DNA of 64,000 nt, taken from positions 18,954 through 82,953 of the forward strand of contig CABXCC010000001.1 of NCBI GenBank assembly GCA_902510475.1, given 5' to 3'. The notes below the pieces were generated by a model. It made no database searches, was not told where the DNA came from, and worked only from the letters and a program-made list of their open reading frames with translations. Every line of letters begins with the position of its first letter. Within the stretch, counting starts at the first letter, position 1. This document shows, in pieces, positions 36,419 through 47,187 of this stretch. The stretch comes from an uncultured Bacteroidota bacterium (GTDB taxonomy: Bacteria > Bacteroidota > Bacteroidia > Flavobacteriales > Flavobacteriaceae). The position numbers were made by a program, and so were the translations under genes.

Positions 36419-38326
36419 ATGAGTAAAATAATTGGAATAGATTTAGGAACAACAAACTCTTGTGTTTCAGTTATGGAAGGTAATGAGCCAGTTGTTATCC
36501 CTAACGCTGAAGGTAAAAGAACAACTCCCTCAGTCATCGCTTTTGTAGAAGGTGGTGAAATAAAGGTGGGGGATCCTGCAAAAAGACAAGCTGTAACAAA
36601 TCCTACTAAAACTGTTTATTCAGTCAAGAGATTTATGGGGAATAAATTTTCAGAATCAAAAAAAGAAACTGAAAGAGTACCATATAAAGTAGTTAAAGGA
36701 GATAACGATACTCCCAGAGTAGATATCGATGGTAGACTTTACACTCCACAAGAATTATCTGCTATGATTCTTCAAAAAATGAAAAAAACAGCTGAAGATT
36801 ATTTAGGAACTAATGTCGAGGAAGCTGTTATTACCGTTCCTGCCTATTTTAATGATTCTCAAAGACAAGCAACAAAAGAAGCTGGTGAAATTGCTGGCTT
36901 AAAAGTTAAAAGAATTATTAATGAACCTACATCAGCTGCTCTAGCTTATGGTATGGACAAAAAAGGCCAGGACCAAAAGATTGTTGTTTTTGATTTTGGT
37001 GGTGGAACTCATGATGTTTCAATTCTTGAATTGGGTGATGGCGTTTTTGAGGTTTTGTCAACTGACGGAGATACTCATTTAGGTGGTGATGACGTAGACG
37101 AGAAAATAATTGACTGGTTAGCTGATCAATTTAAGAAAGATGAAAGTATTGATCTTCGAAAGGATCCTATGTCTCTTCAGAGATTAAAGGAAGCTGCAGA
37201 AAAGGCAAAAATTGAGTTGTCTTCATCTGCTCAGACAGAAATTAATTTACCATATATCACGGCTACTGATAGTGGCCCTAAGCATTTGGTAAGAACTTTA
37301 TCCAAATCAAAATTTGATCAATTAATTGATGACTTAGTTAAAAGGACAATTAATCCTTGTAAAACTGCATTAAAAGCAGCCGGACTAAATAAATCTGATA
37401 TTGATGAGATTATATTAGTCGGAGGTTCTACAAGAATTCCTGCAGTTCAAGATGCCGTAGAAAAGTTTTTTGGTAAAAAACCTAGTAAAGGGGTTAATCC
37501 TGATGAAGTTGTGGCTGTAGGAGCTGCTATTCAAGGAGGTGTATTTACAGGTGATGTTAAAGATGTATTATTATTAGACGTAACTCCACTTTCTTTGGGT
37601 ATTGAAACTATGGGTAATGTTATGACTAAATTAATTGAAGCAAATACAACAATACCAACAAAAAAATCCCAAGTTTTTTCAACTGCAGCGGACAATCAAC
37701 CTGCTGTTGATATTAGAATTGCTCAAGGAGAAAGACCAATGTATCCAGATAATAAGGAAATTGGTAGATTTCAGCTAGCTGATATTCCTCCTGCGCCAAG
37801 AGGAACCCCACAAATTGAGGTTACTTTTGATATTGATGCAAATGGAATATTAAATGTTACAGCAAAAGATAAGGCGACTGGTAAAGAACAAAATATTAGA
37901 ATTGAAGCTTCATCTGGATTAACAGAACAAGAGATTGAAAAAATGAAGAAAGATGCTGAGGCTAATGCAGAAGCTGATACTAAAGCAAAAGAGTCGGTTG
38001 ATAAGTTAAATAGCGCTGATTCAATGATTTTTCAAACTGAAAAGCAACTCAAGGAATTTGGGGATAAGCTTTCAGAGGATAAGAAAAAACCTATTGAAGA
38101 GGCATTAGAAGAGCTTAAAAAATCATATGAGTCTAAGGATCTAGATAAAATTGATCCTGCATTAGAAAAGATCAATGAAGCTTGGAAAGCTGCAAGTGAG
38201 GAGATGTACAAAGCTCAACAAGGTCAACAAGATGGACAAGCTCAACAGGGAGCAGAAGCCGCTGGTGATCCGTCAAATGATTCTGATAATGTAGAGGATG
38301 TAGATTTTGAAGAGGTCAAAGAATAA
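36419..38326 (+). CDS. dnaK: Molecular chaperone DnaK (Hsp70)
   Basis: Hsp70 signatures [24 protein letters not shown] and [12 protein letters not shown]. The C-terminal acidic tail ends EVDFEEVKE. Confidence 0.98.
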   Translation: MSKIIGIDLGTTNSCVSVMEGNEPVVIPNAEGKRTTPSVIAFVEGGEIKVGDPAKRQAVTNPTKTVYSVKRFMGNKFSESKKETERVPYKVVKGDNDTPRVDIDGRLYTPQELSAMILQKMKKTAEDYLGTNVEEAVITVPAYFNDSQRQATKEAGEIAGLKVKRIINEPTSAALAYGMDKKGQDQKIVVFDFGGGTHDVSILELGDGVFEVLSTDGDTHLGGDDVDEKIIDWLADQFKKDESIDLRKDPMSLQRLKEAAEKAKIELSSSAQTEINLPYITATDSGPKHLVRTLSKSKFDQLIDDLVKRTINPCKTALKAAGLNKSDIDEIILVGGSTRIPAVQDAVEKFFGKKPSKGVNPDEVVAVGAAIQGGVFTGDVKDVLLLDVTPLSLGIETMGNVMTKLIEANTTIPTKKSQVFSTAADNQPAVDIRIAQGERPMYPDNKEIGRFQLADIPPAPRGTPQIEVTFDIDANGILNVTAKDKATGKEQNIRIEASSGLTEQEIEKMKKDAEANAEADTKAKESVDKLNSADSMIFQTEKQLKEFGDKLSEDKKKPIEEALEELKKSYESKDLDKIDPALEKINEAWKAASEEMYKAQQGQQDGQAQQGAEAAGDPSNDSDNVEDVDFEEVKE

Positions 38327-38350
38327 ATCCTATGATTATTTTGTGATATA

Positions 38351-38382
38351 AAAAAGGGCGCTATAAATGGCGCCCTTTTTTT
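38351..38382 (+). terminator. Intrinsic terminator after dnaK
   Basis: GGGCGC (38356-38361) pairs with GCGCCC (38370-38375) around an 8-nt loop. T7 follows (38376-38382), and an A5 tract precedes the stem. Confidence 0.85.
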
Positions 38383-38406
38383 ATGTAAATTTGCAAAAAT
38401 ATATTT

Positions 38407-38823
38407 TTGGATAAAGCTAAAATATTAGAAGAAATTAACAGTAAGAGTTCAAACACATTAATGGAAACTCTTAATATTGAATTCACCGAATTGGGAGAAA
38501 ATTATGCAATCTGCAGAATGCCGGTTAATTCATGTGTTCATCAGCCTGCGGGAATACTACACGGAGGAGCAACAGCTGCTTTAGTAGAAACTGTAGGAAG
38601 TTTTGCTTCTAGATATTTTATAAATGACAAGGATGTATCAATTAGAGGAGTAGAAATTACAACAAATCACGTGAAAAGCATAAGCCAAGGTTATGTTTAT
38701 GCAAAAGCAAGTAATATTCATATGGGTAGAACAATGCAGATTTGGCAAATTAAAGTTACTGATGAATCTAATAAACTTATTTCAATCGGGAAACTGACTA
38801 CATTAGCAATTAAAAAAAAATAG
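38407..38823 (+). CDS. PaaI/hotdog-fold acyl-CoA thioesterase
   Basis: The motif HQPAGILHGGATAALVETVGS is typical of PaaI/DHNA-CoA thioesterases. The likely start is TTG at 38407, since the next ATG would truncate the conserved N-terminus. Confidence 0.75.
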   Translation: MDKAKILEEINSKSSNTLMETLNIEFTELGENYAICRMPVNSCVHQPAGILHGGATAALVETVGSFASRYFINDKDVSIRGVEITTNHVKSISQGYVYAKASNIHMGRTMQIWQIKVTDESNKLISIGKLTTLAIKKK

Positions 38824-38826
38824 ATC

Positions 38827-39759
38827 ATGTATATAAAACAAGTAATTAGAAACAAAAATAATTGGGGATTATACCTAATAGGAATTTTTATAATTATTCC
38901 AATAATGATGATAATTTTTCAAATTCCCTTCACTGTTGCACTTACCTCAGCAGCTATTGATGATCCAGAACTCTTAGAAAAGCTCGCTCAAAATGATGTG
39001 AACGCTATGATGAGTGTCTTGGAGCCAAATCTCAACCTTTTCTTGATGTTGCTTGGTTTTGCTGGTATGCTTCTTGGAGTTTTTATTTCAGCAAAATACA
39101 TACATAAAAATTCAATAAGAGAATTAACCACATCTAGAGATAAAATTGATTGGAGTCGTGTTTTTTATTCTTTTACTTTCTGGGGACTCATTACAGTACC
39201 TCTTATTTTAATAGATACAAATATAGTTTCACCAGAAAATTATGAGTGGAATTTTAACTATAGTTCATTTATAGTATTGTTAGCAATAGTCATCGTGTTT
39301 ATTCCCATTCAAACATCCGCTGAAGAATACCTTTTTAGAGGTTATTTAATGCAGGGAATCGGAGTAATTTCAGGAACAAGGTGGTTACCTCTCTTGTTTA
39401 CATCACTTGCCTTTGGTTTGATGCATTACGCAAATCCAGAAATTGATAAACTTGGAAACATGGTCTATGTATTTTACATAGGGTCTGGTTTGTTTGCAGG
39501 AATTATGACTCTAATGGATGAAGGTATGGAATTGGCTTTAGGATGGCATGCTGCTAATAACTCATTCGCAGCGTTGTTAGTTACTGCTGATTGGACCGCA
39601 TTGCAAACTCATTCTGTTTACAAAGATATTTCTGATCCTCAGTCACTTCCTATAGATGAAGTTTTAGTTCCTGTTTTGTTTTTTGTTGTAGTATTAGTAA
39701 TTTTTAGTAAAAAATATGGCTGGACAGACTGGAAAGGTAAATTATTTGGAAAAATTTAA
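38827..39759 (+). CDS. CPBP-family intramembrane glutamic endopeptidase (CAAX protease/Abi type)
   Basis: Polytopic membrane protein carrying the three CPBP motifs EEYLFRGYL, FGLMHYAN and HAANN. Confidence 0.85.
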   Translation: MYIKQVIRNKNNWGLYLIGIFIIIPIMMIIFQIPFTVALTSAAIDDPELLEKLAQNDVNAMMSVLEPNLNLFLMLLGFAGMLLGVFISAKYIHKNSIRELTTSRDKIDWSRVFYSFTFWGLITVPLILIDTNIVSPENYEWNFNYSSFIVLLAIVIVFIPIQTSAEEYLFRGYLMQGIGVISGTRWLPLLFTSLAFGLMHYANPEIDKLGNMVYVFYIGSGLFAGIMTLMDEGMELALGWHAANNSFAALLVTADWTALQTHSVYKDISDPQSLPIDEVLVPVLFFVVVLVIFSKKYGWTDWKGKLFGKI

Positions 39760-41690
39760 TTTTTGCTAAGTTCAATTTCAATATCATAAAATTCAGCTGC
39801 AGCATTAATTACATCTCTAAATTCGTTATATCTATTTTTTTCATACTTTAGTGATCTGTAGAATTCACTTATTTTAATACTTAATCTATTTTTTTCAAAG
39901 TTAGCACTTGATTTAAATTGTGCAGTTACATTTCCGTCCACTGAAATAAACTTTTTTTCTTTTGTTAAATCATGAATATTTACAATTTTATATCCCTTAG
40001 GAATCATAAATTTTATATCATAATAATATTCATTTGGAAAATTAATCTCGATAGGATTAATTCTTTCATCTTCATTAAATAAATTACTCTGTAGTCCAAT
40101 TACTTTACCAACATTCAGTAATGTCTTACCGTTAACCTTTTTAACAAGATCTCTTGTTTCTAATTTTGTATTGATTCTAAGAGGTTGATTTCTAAAATTA
40201 TAATCGGTATCATAATTATTTATTTGATATTTAAGGACTTTTTTATCGTTAAGCCCACTGATTGTAAAATAATCAACTAGAAAGTCGGTTTTTTCATTCT
40301 CTGATAAATAAACATAGTTTCGGTTTAATATACCCCAATAACCAGTAAATTTTCTATTTTCATGAATTATTGCCTTTTTTAAATTTTTAGGGATATTGAC
40401 GAATATTTCCTTATTAATTTTACTAAAATTTTTATTTTCTAAGATGATTTCGCTGAAATAGTAATCTAAATTTTTATCAATATACATAGCATAATTACCT
40501 AAAAGATCATCAGGCGCTTCAGTAGCCCTAAATTCAATACGATTTGGGCTGATGTATATATTAGATTTTGGTAAATAAATTAGAAATTCTCTTAATTGAT
40601 TGGGGTCAAATAAATCAGGATCAAATTTTAAATAAAACCTATTACAACTAATTGCAATTTCGTATTCAATTTCTGCTAATTTAAAAAGTTGCGTATAAAC
40701 CTGAATAATACTAAAATCATTTGATTCTTTTTGTTCAAATATGTAATCAATATTATTTAGTTTTTGATCATTTTTATCAGAAATGATAAAATAATTTTTG
40801 ATGTAAGTATCGATGGAATTAGCTATTTTTGATTCATTCCATGGGATAGTTACGTAGCCATTTTTAATTTCTTTTAAAAGTTCCTCAGCCTTTTTGTTAA
40901 CTGATTTAGGAAAAAATAATTCACTGACATTGTTTACTAAATTTCCCCAATACTCACTTTGAGTAATGTTTTCTTGATTTTCATAACATTGATAAGACAC
41001 TTTTATCTTATTTGCAATAGGAGTAGCATATTGTTCATTTAAAGATTCTTTGATGTTGGTAAAATGTACAAGTTTTGCTTTTTTATTATCAATTAAAGAG
41101 TCTGTTACCTTGTAATCGGTTGTATTGTATACTTTTAAATTTGATTTAAAATTATTTTGTATTAATATAAAATCAGCAGACAAAATGGGAAAAGATTCTT
41201 GAATGTTTCTACTTCCATTAAAATTATACTTCTTTTTTACAGTGTACATTACCTCTAGAACATCATCTTTTTTTAAATTAGGGAGTTTGTATACGGTAAA
41301 ATTTTCATTTGAGGAAACATCATCCACAAGTGATTTAATTGTTTGAAAATCGTAAACCATAGTTGAATCCTTACTTGTTATTTTTGCCTTAACGTCAGAA
41401 ATTTCAATAATATTTAGCTTAGGAATTAAAATTTCGTTATTAATTTCTTTTATGTATTCATTGATTAATGACTTAAAATGATGTGTCTCATAAATTGATA
41501 CTTCATCACTAAATTTTGAATTATAATATTCTACATAATGTTTACTAAATAGCCCGATCAATGATGAATTATAATCAGAATTTACCTCAATTTGATCTTT
41601 ACTCCAGTCTAAATTCAGATAAGTTTGAGAAAAAATATTTCCAATTGAAACAGAAAAAGAGAAAAATATGGTTAATATATATTTTAACAT
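39756..41690 (-). CDS. Secreted hypothetical protein, 644 aa (possibly DUF3857/DUF3858-like architecture)
   Basis: Long uninterrupted ORF with an N-terminal signal peptide (MLKYILTIFFSFSVSIGNIFSQ). I could read no catalytic motif. The family assignment is a guess from size and composition only. Confidence 0.6.
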   Translation of the reverse strand: MLKYILTIFFSFSVSIGNIFSQTYLNLDWSKDQIEVNSDYNSSLIGLFSKHYVEYYNSKFSDEVSIYETHHFKSLINEYIKEINNEILIPKLNIIEISDVKAKITSKDSTMVYDFQTIKSLVDDVSSNENFTVYKLPNLKKDDVLEVMYTVKKKYNFNGSRNIQESFPILSADFILIQNNFKSNLKVYNTTDYKVTDSLIDNKKAKLVHFTNIKESLNEQYATPIANKIKVSYQCYENQENITQSEYWGNLVNNVSELFFPKSVNKKAEELLKEIKNGYVTIPWNESKIANSIDTYIKNYFIISDKNDQKLNNIDYIFEQKESNDFSIIQVYTQLFKLAEIEYEIAISCNRFYLKFDPDLFDPNQLREFLIYLPKSNIYISPNRIEFRATEAPDDLLGNYAMYIDKNLDYYFSEIILENKNFSKINKEIFVNIPKNLKKAIIHENRKFTGYWGILNRNYVYLSENEKTDFLVDYFTISGLNDKKVLKYQINNYDTDYNFRNQPLRINTKLETRDLVKKVNGKTLLNVGKVIGLQSNLFNEDERINPIEINFPNEYYYDIKFMIPKGYKIVNIHDLTKEKKFISVDGNVTAQFKSSANFEKNRLSIKISEFYRSLKYEKNRYNEFRDVINAAAEFYDIEIELSKN

Positions 41691-41760
41691 TAAATAGCTG
41701 ATTTACTAGTTGATATTTTTATAAATTTATTTATAAATAAATATACTTTAATAACATATT

Positions 41761-43077
41761 ATGAAGAAACTTATTATTATAATTTTTCTAATCACATTCA
41801 GTGCTAACGCTCAAATATTAGATCAAAGAGATAGAGCTTTAAAAATTAATGATGTTCTTAAAGATAGATTTGATAATCTTTTACCAAAATTAATGGATAA
41901 AACAGATATTGATATGTGGATTTTAATCTCAAGAGAATACAATGAGGATCCAGTTTTGAAAACAATGCTTCCAGCAGAATGGCTAAATGCTAGAAGAAGA
42001 ACAATTTTAGTTTTTTACAGAAACAAAGAAAAAAACATACTAGATAAATTAGCCGTTGCAAGATATAACTTTGGTGAAAATATAACTTCCGCATGGGACA
42101 AAGAAAAACAGCCAAATCAATGGAAAAGATTAAATGAAATTATTGAAGAAAGAAATCCAAATAAAATTGGACTTAATTTTTCAAAACACTTCAATATAGC
42201 CGATGGTCTTGATAAAACAGATCATGAGGAATTTGTTGAAAATATTTCTGAAAAAAACAGAAAAAAAATAGTATCTGCTCAAAAACTAGCAACATCATGG
42301 ATTGAAACTCGTACTGAAGAAGAAATGGATATTTACAGAAGAATAGTTACAATTACTAAAGAAATTATATACAAAGCTTTTTCCATGGATGTGATTGAAA
42401 TTGGTAAAACTACTACCACAGATTTGGAGTGGTGGATGCGTCAAAAAGTGACGGATTTAGGATTGTCAACATGGTTCCAGCCCTCAGTTGATATTCAAAG
42501 AAATAGTGAAGTTAATGGAGGACATTTGAGGTCATTTTCGAATAGACCATCTGAGAATATTATTCAAAAAGGCGATTTACTTCATTGCGATTTTGGTATC
42601 ACTTATTTACGACTTAATTCTGATTGTCAACAAATGGCATATGTTCTTAAAGATGACGAGTCAGATGTTCCAATTTTTCTAAAACAGGCATTTGATGATG
42701 CCAATCAACTTCAGGATATATTAACATCAAATTTTATTGAAGGGCATTCAGGAAATGAAATTTTATTGAATTCTTTATCTGACGCAAAAAAAAATGGTCT
42801 TAGACCCTCGATCTATACTCATCCACTAGGCTTATATGGTCACTCATCTGGACCAACCATAGGTATGTGGGATGCACAGGGTGGAGTTGAAGGAACAGGA
42901 GACTATCCTTTAAATCTCAATACTGTCTATGCTATTGAATTAAATAATACATCATATATAAAAGAGTGGGGCCTTGATATTAGAATAATGCTTGAGGAGG
43001 CAGGTTTTTTTGGGGTAAACGGACACAGCTATGTAAATGGTAGACAAAAAAATATTAAAATTATAAATCCCAGATAA
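41761..43077 (+). CDS. Secreted M24-family (pita-bread fold, Xaa-Pro/creatinase-like) metallopeptidase
   Basis: Signal peptide present. Metal-ligand context is LLHCDFGITY, THPLGLYGHSSGP, YAIELN and IMLEE. Confidence 0.7.
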   Translation: MKKLIIIIFLITFSANAQILDQRDRALKINDVLKDRFDNLLPKLMDKTDIDMWILISREYNEDPVLKTMLPAEWLNARRRTILVFYRNKEKNILDKLAVARYNFGENITSAWDKEKQPNQWKRLNEIIEERNPNKIGLNFSKHFNIADGLDKTDHEEFVENISEKNRKKIVSAQKLATSWIETRTEEEMDIYRRIVTITKEIIYKAFSMDVIEIGKTTTTDLEWWMRQKVTDLGLSTWFQPSVDIQRNSEVNGGHLRSFSNRPSENIIQKGDLLHCDFGITYLRLNSDCQQMAYVLKDDESDVPIFLKQAFDDANQLQDILTSNFIEGHSGNEILLNSLSDAKKNGLRPSIYTHPLGLYGHSSGPTIGMWDAQGGVEGTGDYPLNLNTVYAIELNNTSYIKEWGLDIRIMLEEAGFFGVNGHSYVNGRQKNIKIINPR

Positions 43078-43119
43078 GTTTTTACTTATAAATAATTTAT
43101 AAATTGCATCGCAAAATTA

Positions 43120-43572
43120 ATGATGAATAGACTACTACTTTTTTTAGCATTATTGAGTTTTTCAAATTTGTTTTCACAACAACCATACGGTGTTCAGAGA
43201 GGCCAAAGAGGTTATGTTCCACCTCCAAAATTTGAATCATCGGTTTATATCACTACAATTGACTCATATGAAGAGTTAAATAAAACCCTTCCCAAGTGTG
43301 TTGAATTATTTTCATTAGATGATTTTGAAAAAGAAATACTAAAAGCATTGTTACTTGAAAAATATGAAAACTATAATAAAATTGTCGAAAAAACAGATTC
43401 ATCAAAGCAGGCTAGACAAGAAAGCTTAAAGCAATTAGAAATTAATTTTGTAAAATCTCTTTCAGTGATTTTAACACCTGATGAGATTGCTACTTTTGTT
43501 GATACAGATTTTTCACAAAAAAAGGAAAAAAATAAAAAGAGAAAGAAAAAAAGAAAAAAAAATGATGAATAA
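43120..43572 (+). CDS. Secreted hypothetical protein with a poly-lysine C-terminal tail
   Basis: Signal peptide MMNRLLLFLALLSFSNLFSQ, a helical Lys/Glu-rich body and the tail KKEKNKKRKKKRKKNDE. Confidence 0.6.
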   Translation: MMNRLLLFLALLSFSNLFSQQPYGVQRGQRGYVPPPKFESSVYITTIDSYEELNKTLPKCVELFSLDDFEKEILKALLLEKYENYNKIVEKTDSSKQARQESLKQLEINFVKSLSVILTPDEIATFVDTDFSQKKEKNKKRKKKRKKNDE

Positions 43573-43741
43573 GAATACAGTTTTAGGTTGGGCAACTTTT
43601 ATTATGATATTTTTTGGTGTTGTATTGATTTCCCTAGGTGTCTTTAAATACAATGAAATTGCGGGATGGGGATTCGTTTCTGTTGGTCTTGGTTTTTTTG
43701 CAAATGCCTGGGTATTTAATGCTCTAAAGGGAAGAGTTTAA
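43562..43741 (+). CDS. Small two-TM membrane protein (59 aa)
   Basis: MMNKNTVLGWATFIMIFFGVVLISLGVFKYNEIAGWGFVSVGLGFFANAWVFNALKGRV. The start is chosen at the ATG at 43562, overlapping the upstream stop (AATGATGAATAA). The longer track ORF (43481) reads through the poly-purine tract in another frame. Confidence 0.5.
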   Translation: MMNKNTVLGWATFIMIFFGVVLISLGVFKYNEIAGWGFVSVGLGFFANAWVFNALKGRV

Positions 43742-44205
43742 CTTATCTTTTTTTCCATTTTAATATTTGCTCTTAAATAGGGTGATTTCTGCTCCATATC
43801 AACCTCTACAAAACCAAATTGATCATATAAATAGATTGCATTTTTAAGTTTTCTGTTGGAGTATAGTATCAATGACTTACAGCCTTTTTGTTTTGAAAAA
43901 TCTAAACATTTTTGTAATAGTTTTTTACCAATCCCTTTATTTCTATACTCTGGTTTTACAGCCATTTTTGTTAATTCAAAAACATTATTTTCATTCGTCG
44001 GCATCAGCGCAACAGTTCCGACAATTTCATTTTTAAATTTTGAAAAAAATATTTCTCCACCTTTATCAATTATGTAATATTTAGATTTTGATAACACCTC
44101 ATAATCAAATTCTTCAACTTTAAAAAAATGATTGAGCCATTCTATGTTTAGATCAAAGAAGTTTTTCTCTAATTTTTTTTCAAAATTTATAATATTTATC
44201 TCCAC
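43738..44205 (-). CDS. GNAT-family N-acetyltransferase
   Basis: Acetyl-CoA-binding motif VKPEYRNKGIGKKLL. Length is 155 aa. Confidence 0.85.
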   Translation of the reverse strand: MEINIINFEKKLEKNFFDLNIEWLNHFFKVEEFDYEVLSKSKYYIIDKGGEIFFSKFKNEIVGTVALMPTNENNVFELTKMAVKPEYRNKGIGKKLLQKCLDFSKQKGCKSLILYSNRKLKNAIYLYDQFGFVEVDMEQKSPYLRANIKMEKKIS

Positions 44206-44258
44206 TTATTTTATTCTTACTTAATATTAATATCTTTAAAATATATTACAAAACAAAA

Positions 44259-45947
44259 ATGAAAAAAATAGTTGAATGTGTTCCTAATATTTCTGAAGGA
44301 AACGACCAGTCTATAATTAATGAAATTGTTGATTCAGTCAAAAATTATCCTGGCATTAAATTATTGAATGTTGACCCAGGAAAAGCAACAAATAGAACTG
44401 TCATTACTTTTGTTGGAGAGGCAGAAATAATTGTTGATGGGGCCTTTAATTTAATAGAAAAGGCAAAAGAATTGATTGATATGAGGAATCACAAGGGGGA
44501 ACACCCAAGAATGGGTGCCGTTGATGTATGTCCTTTGATTCCCATTTCAGGTATAACTATGGAAGAGACGGTTAAATTAGCTCATCAGCTTTCAGAAAGA
44601 GTAGGTAAAGAACTTTCCATCCCAGTTTATAGTTATGAATATGCGGCAAAAGAAGAAAAAAGAAAAAATTTAGCTAATTGTAGAGCTGGAGAGTACGAAG
44701 GTTTAGAAAAAAAATTAAATGACAAGTCTTGGAAGCCAGATTTTGGACCCTCAAACTTTAATGATGAGATTAAAAAATCCGGTGCTACCGCAATTAGTGC
44801 CAGAGATTTTTTAGTTGCTTACAATGTAAATTTAAATACCACTTCAACAAGAAGAGCTAACGCAGTTGCATTTGATTTAAGAGAAGCTGGTAGAATCAAA
44901 AGAGAAGGGGGGAAGTTAACAGGTAAGATTATTACAGATAAAAATAATAATCCCGAACGAACACCTGGACATTTTAAAAATTTAAAAGGTATTGGGTGGT
45001 TTATAAAAGAATACGGAGTTGCTCAAATTTCTTACAATATTACAAACATTGAAACAACCCCTTTACATGAGGTTTTTGATAAAACCTGTGAAAGAGCTCA
45101 AGCAAGAGGAATGAGAGTTACAGGTTCTGAATTAATAGGATTAGTTCCAAAAAAAGTATTAATTGATGCTGGAAAATTCTTTTTATCAAAACAAAATAGA
45201 TCCAAAGCAATTTCCGAAAGTGAGATAATTCATATAGCTGTAAAATCTATGGGTTTAGATGAGTTAGGCGAATTTGATCCAAAAACCAGAGTTATTGAAT
45301 ATATGATTGAAGAAAAGAGTAGAGATTTATCAAAGATGTCTATTCAGGATTTCGCAAATTTAACATCAAGTGAATCTCCAGCACCAGGTGGTGGCTCTAT
45401 TTCTGCTTATTGTGGAGCATTAGGAGCTTCATTGGCCGTAATGGTAGCAAATTTATCTGCTAATAAAAGAGGCTGGGATGATAATTGGGAGTTTTTTTCA
45501 GACTGGGGAGAAAAAGGAATGATATTACAACAAAAATTAATCGATTTAGTTGACGACGATACTGATGCTTTTAACTCCATAATGAATTCTTTTTCATTAC
45601 CTAAAGATTCAGATCAAGAGAAGAAATTTAGAATAGATCAAATTCAATTAGCAACAAGAAATGCAATAGAGATTCCTTTTAAAATTATGAGAGTATGCTT
45701 TGATTCTTTAAGCTTAATACTCGAAATGGCTAAGAAAGGTAACCCAAACTCAATTACAGATGTTGGAGTAGCAATGTTTTGTATAAAAGCTGCAATCAAT
45801 GGAGCTTTTTTGAATGTAAGAATAAATTGTAATGATTTAAAGGATAAAGATTTTATTAAAGAGACCTTATCAAAAGCAAATGAAATTTTAAAAATTACCG
45901 ATTTAAAGGAAAAAGAAATTCTAAAAATAGTTGACGATAAATTATAA
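44259..45947 (+). CDS. Bifunctional glutamate formimidoyltransferase / formimidoyl-tetrahydrofolate cyclodeaminase (FTCD-type fusion)
   Basis: The N-terminus ECVPNISEGND and EHPRMGAVDVCPLIP mark the transferase domain. The C-terminal ~200 aa, with SPAPGGGSISAYCGALGASLAVMVANLS, mark the cyclodeaminase domain. Confidence 0.88.
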   Translation: MKKIVECVPNISEGNDQSIINEIVDSVKNYPGIKLLNVDPGKATNRTVITFVGEAEIIVDGAFNLIEKAKELIDMRNHKGEHPRMGAVDVCPLIPISGITMEETVKLAHQLSERVGKELSIPVYSYEYAAKEEKRKNLANCRAGEYEGLEKKLNDKSWKPDFGPSNFNDEIKKSGATAISARDFLVAYNVNLNTTSTRRANAVAFDLREAGRIKREGGKLTGKIITDKNNNPERTPGHFKNLKGIGWFIKEYGVAQISYNITNIETTPLHEVFDKTCERAQARGMRVTGSELIGLVPKKVLIDAGKFFLSKQNRSKAISESEIIHIAVKSMGLDELGEFDPKTRVIEYMIEEKSRDLSKMSIQDFANLTSSESPAPGGGSISAYCGALGASLAVMVANLSANKRGWDDNWEFFSDWGEKGMILQQKLIDLVDDDTDAFNSIMNSFSLPKDSDQEKKFRIDQIQLATRNAIEIPFKIMRVCFDSLSLILEMAKKGNPNSITDVGVAMFCIKAAINGAFLNVRINCNDLKDKDFIKETLSKANEILKITDLKEKEILKIVDDKL

Positions 45948-47180
45948 AATCTCCCTTCCTCTTATTAAAACTTTATCAATCAAATTATCACCAATATAGT
46001 AGGGTAATTCGTTTAATGATTCAATATTTTTTGTAATAAGTAAATTTGCTAATTTTCCTCTGGTAATACTACCTGATATATTCGATAAGCCCATTGAGTA
46101 GGCACCGTTTATTGTTGCACCGTTTATTGCTTGTTCAGGGGTAAGTTTTAGTTGATTACATGCTAATGAGATGATAAAATTCATATTTCCAGTTGGGCAA
46201 GACCCAGGATTAAAGTCACTTGCAATCGCAAAAGGAATATTATTTGATAATAATTTTTTTGCAGGTGCATATTCAATTCCTAAAAAAAACGAACAACCCG
46301 GTAGTAAAACTGGCATGGTTGAACCTTTTTTCAATTCTGCTATATCTTGTTCGTTAACCACTTCTAAATGATCAACACTTACCGCTTTATTTCTTACAGC
46401 AATTTTTATTCCCCCAATAGAATTGAATTGATTAACATGAATCTTTGCTGGAATATTATATTTTTTTGCCTTTTTTATTAGTTGTTCAGTATCATTAGCC
46501 GTGAAATAATTTTTCTCACAAAAAATATCAACATAGTCCACTAAGCTTTTTGTAGCAAAATCAGGAAGCATTTTATTAATTACAAGATCAAAATATTCAC
46601 TTTTAGAAATTTCTTTTGGAAATGCATGGGCGCCCAAAAAAGTTGATTTTATTTCAATAGGTAAAGATTCTTTTAAATCTTTAATAACATTTAGCATTTT
46701 AAGTTCTGAATTATAATTTAATCCGTATCCTGATTTTATTTCAATACAACCTGTACCTTGTTTAATTAAATCATAAATTCTTTTTTTTGACTCTTCAAAA
46801 AGATCATTTTTACTTATTTTTTGTATCTGATTTGCAGACTTTAAAATTCCACCTCCTTTGTTGGCAATCTCCTGGTAACTTAAACCTTTGATTCGATCAA
46901 TATATTCATCTGATCTTGAACCTGTAAAAACAGTATGTGTATGAGAATCACACCAGGTGGGTAAAATAGTTCTACCACTTGCATCAATAATTTCAAAATG
47001 TTTTCCTTTTGGGATATTTGACATTTTTCCAAAGTCAGATATAAAGCCATTTTCGATTAATAGAAATGCATTTTTTAAACTTGGGATTTCATTCATTTGA
47101 CTTGCACTAACAAAGGATGTTTTAACATCTCTTATTTGCGCAAGCTCCTTTATGTTTATGATTAGTTTGGACATTTGCAT
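45942..47180 (-). CDS. hutI: Imidazolonepropionase
   Basis: Amidohydrolase metal motif CDSHTHTVF, plus KIHVNQF and AIASDFNPGSCP. The start may be Met3 (47174). Confidence 0.9.
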   Translation of the reverse strand: MQMSKLIINIKELAQIRDVKTSFVSASQMNEIPSLKNAFLLIENGFISDFGKMSNIPKGKHFEIIDASGRTILPTWCDSHTHTVFTGSRSDEYIDRIKGLSYQEIANKGGGILKSANQIQKISKNDLFEESKKRIYDLIKQGTGCIEIKSGYGLNYNSELKMLNVIKDLKESLPIEIKSTFLGAHAFPKEISKSEYFDLVINKMLPDFATKSLVDYVDIFCEKNYFTANDTEQLIKKAKKYNIPAKIHVNQFNSIGGIKIAVRNKAVSVDHLEVVNEQDIAELKKGSTMPVLLPGCSFFLGIEYAPAKKLLSNNIPFAIASDFNPGSCPTGNMNFIISLACNQLKLTPEQAINGATINGAYSMGLSNISGSITRGKLANLLITKNIESLNELPYYIGDNLIDKVLIRGREIL

Positions 47181-47187
47181 TTTAGCA

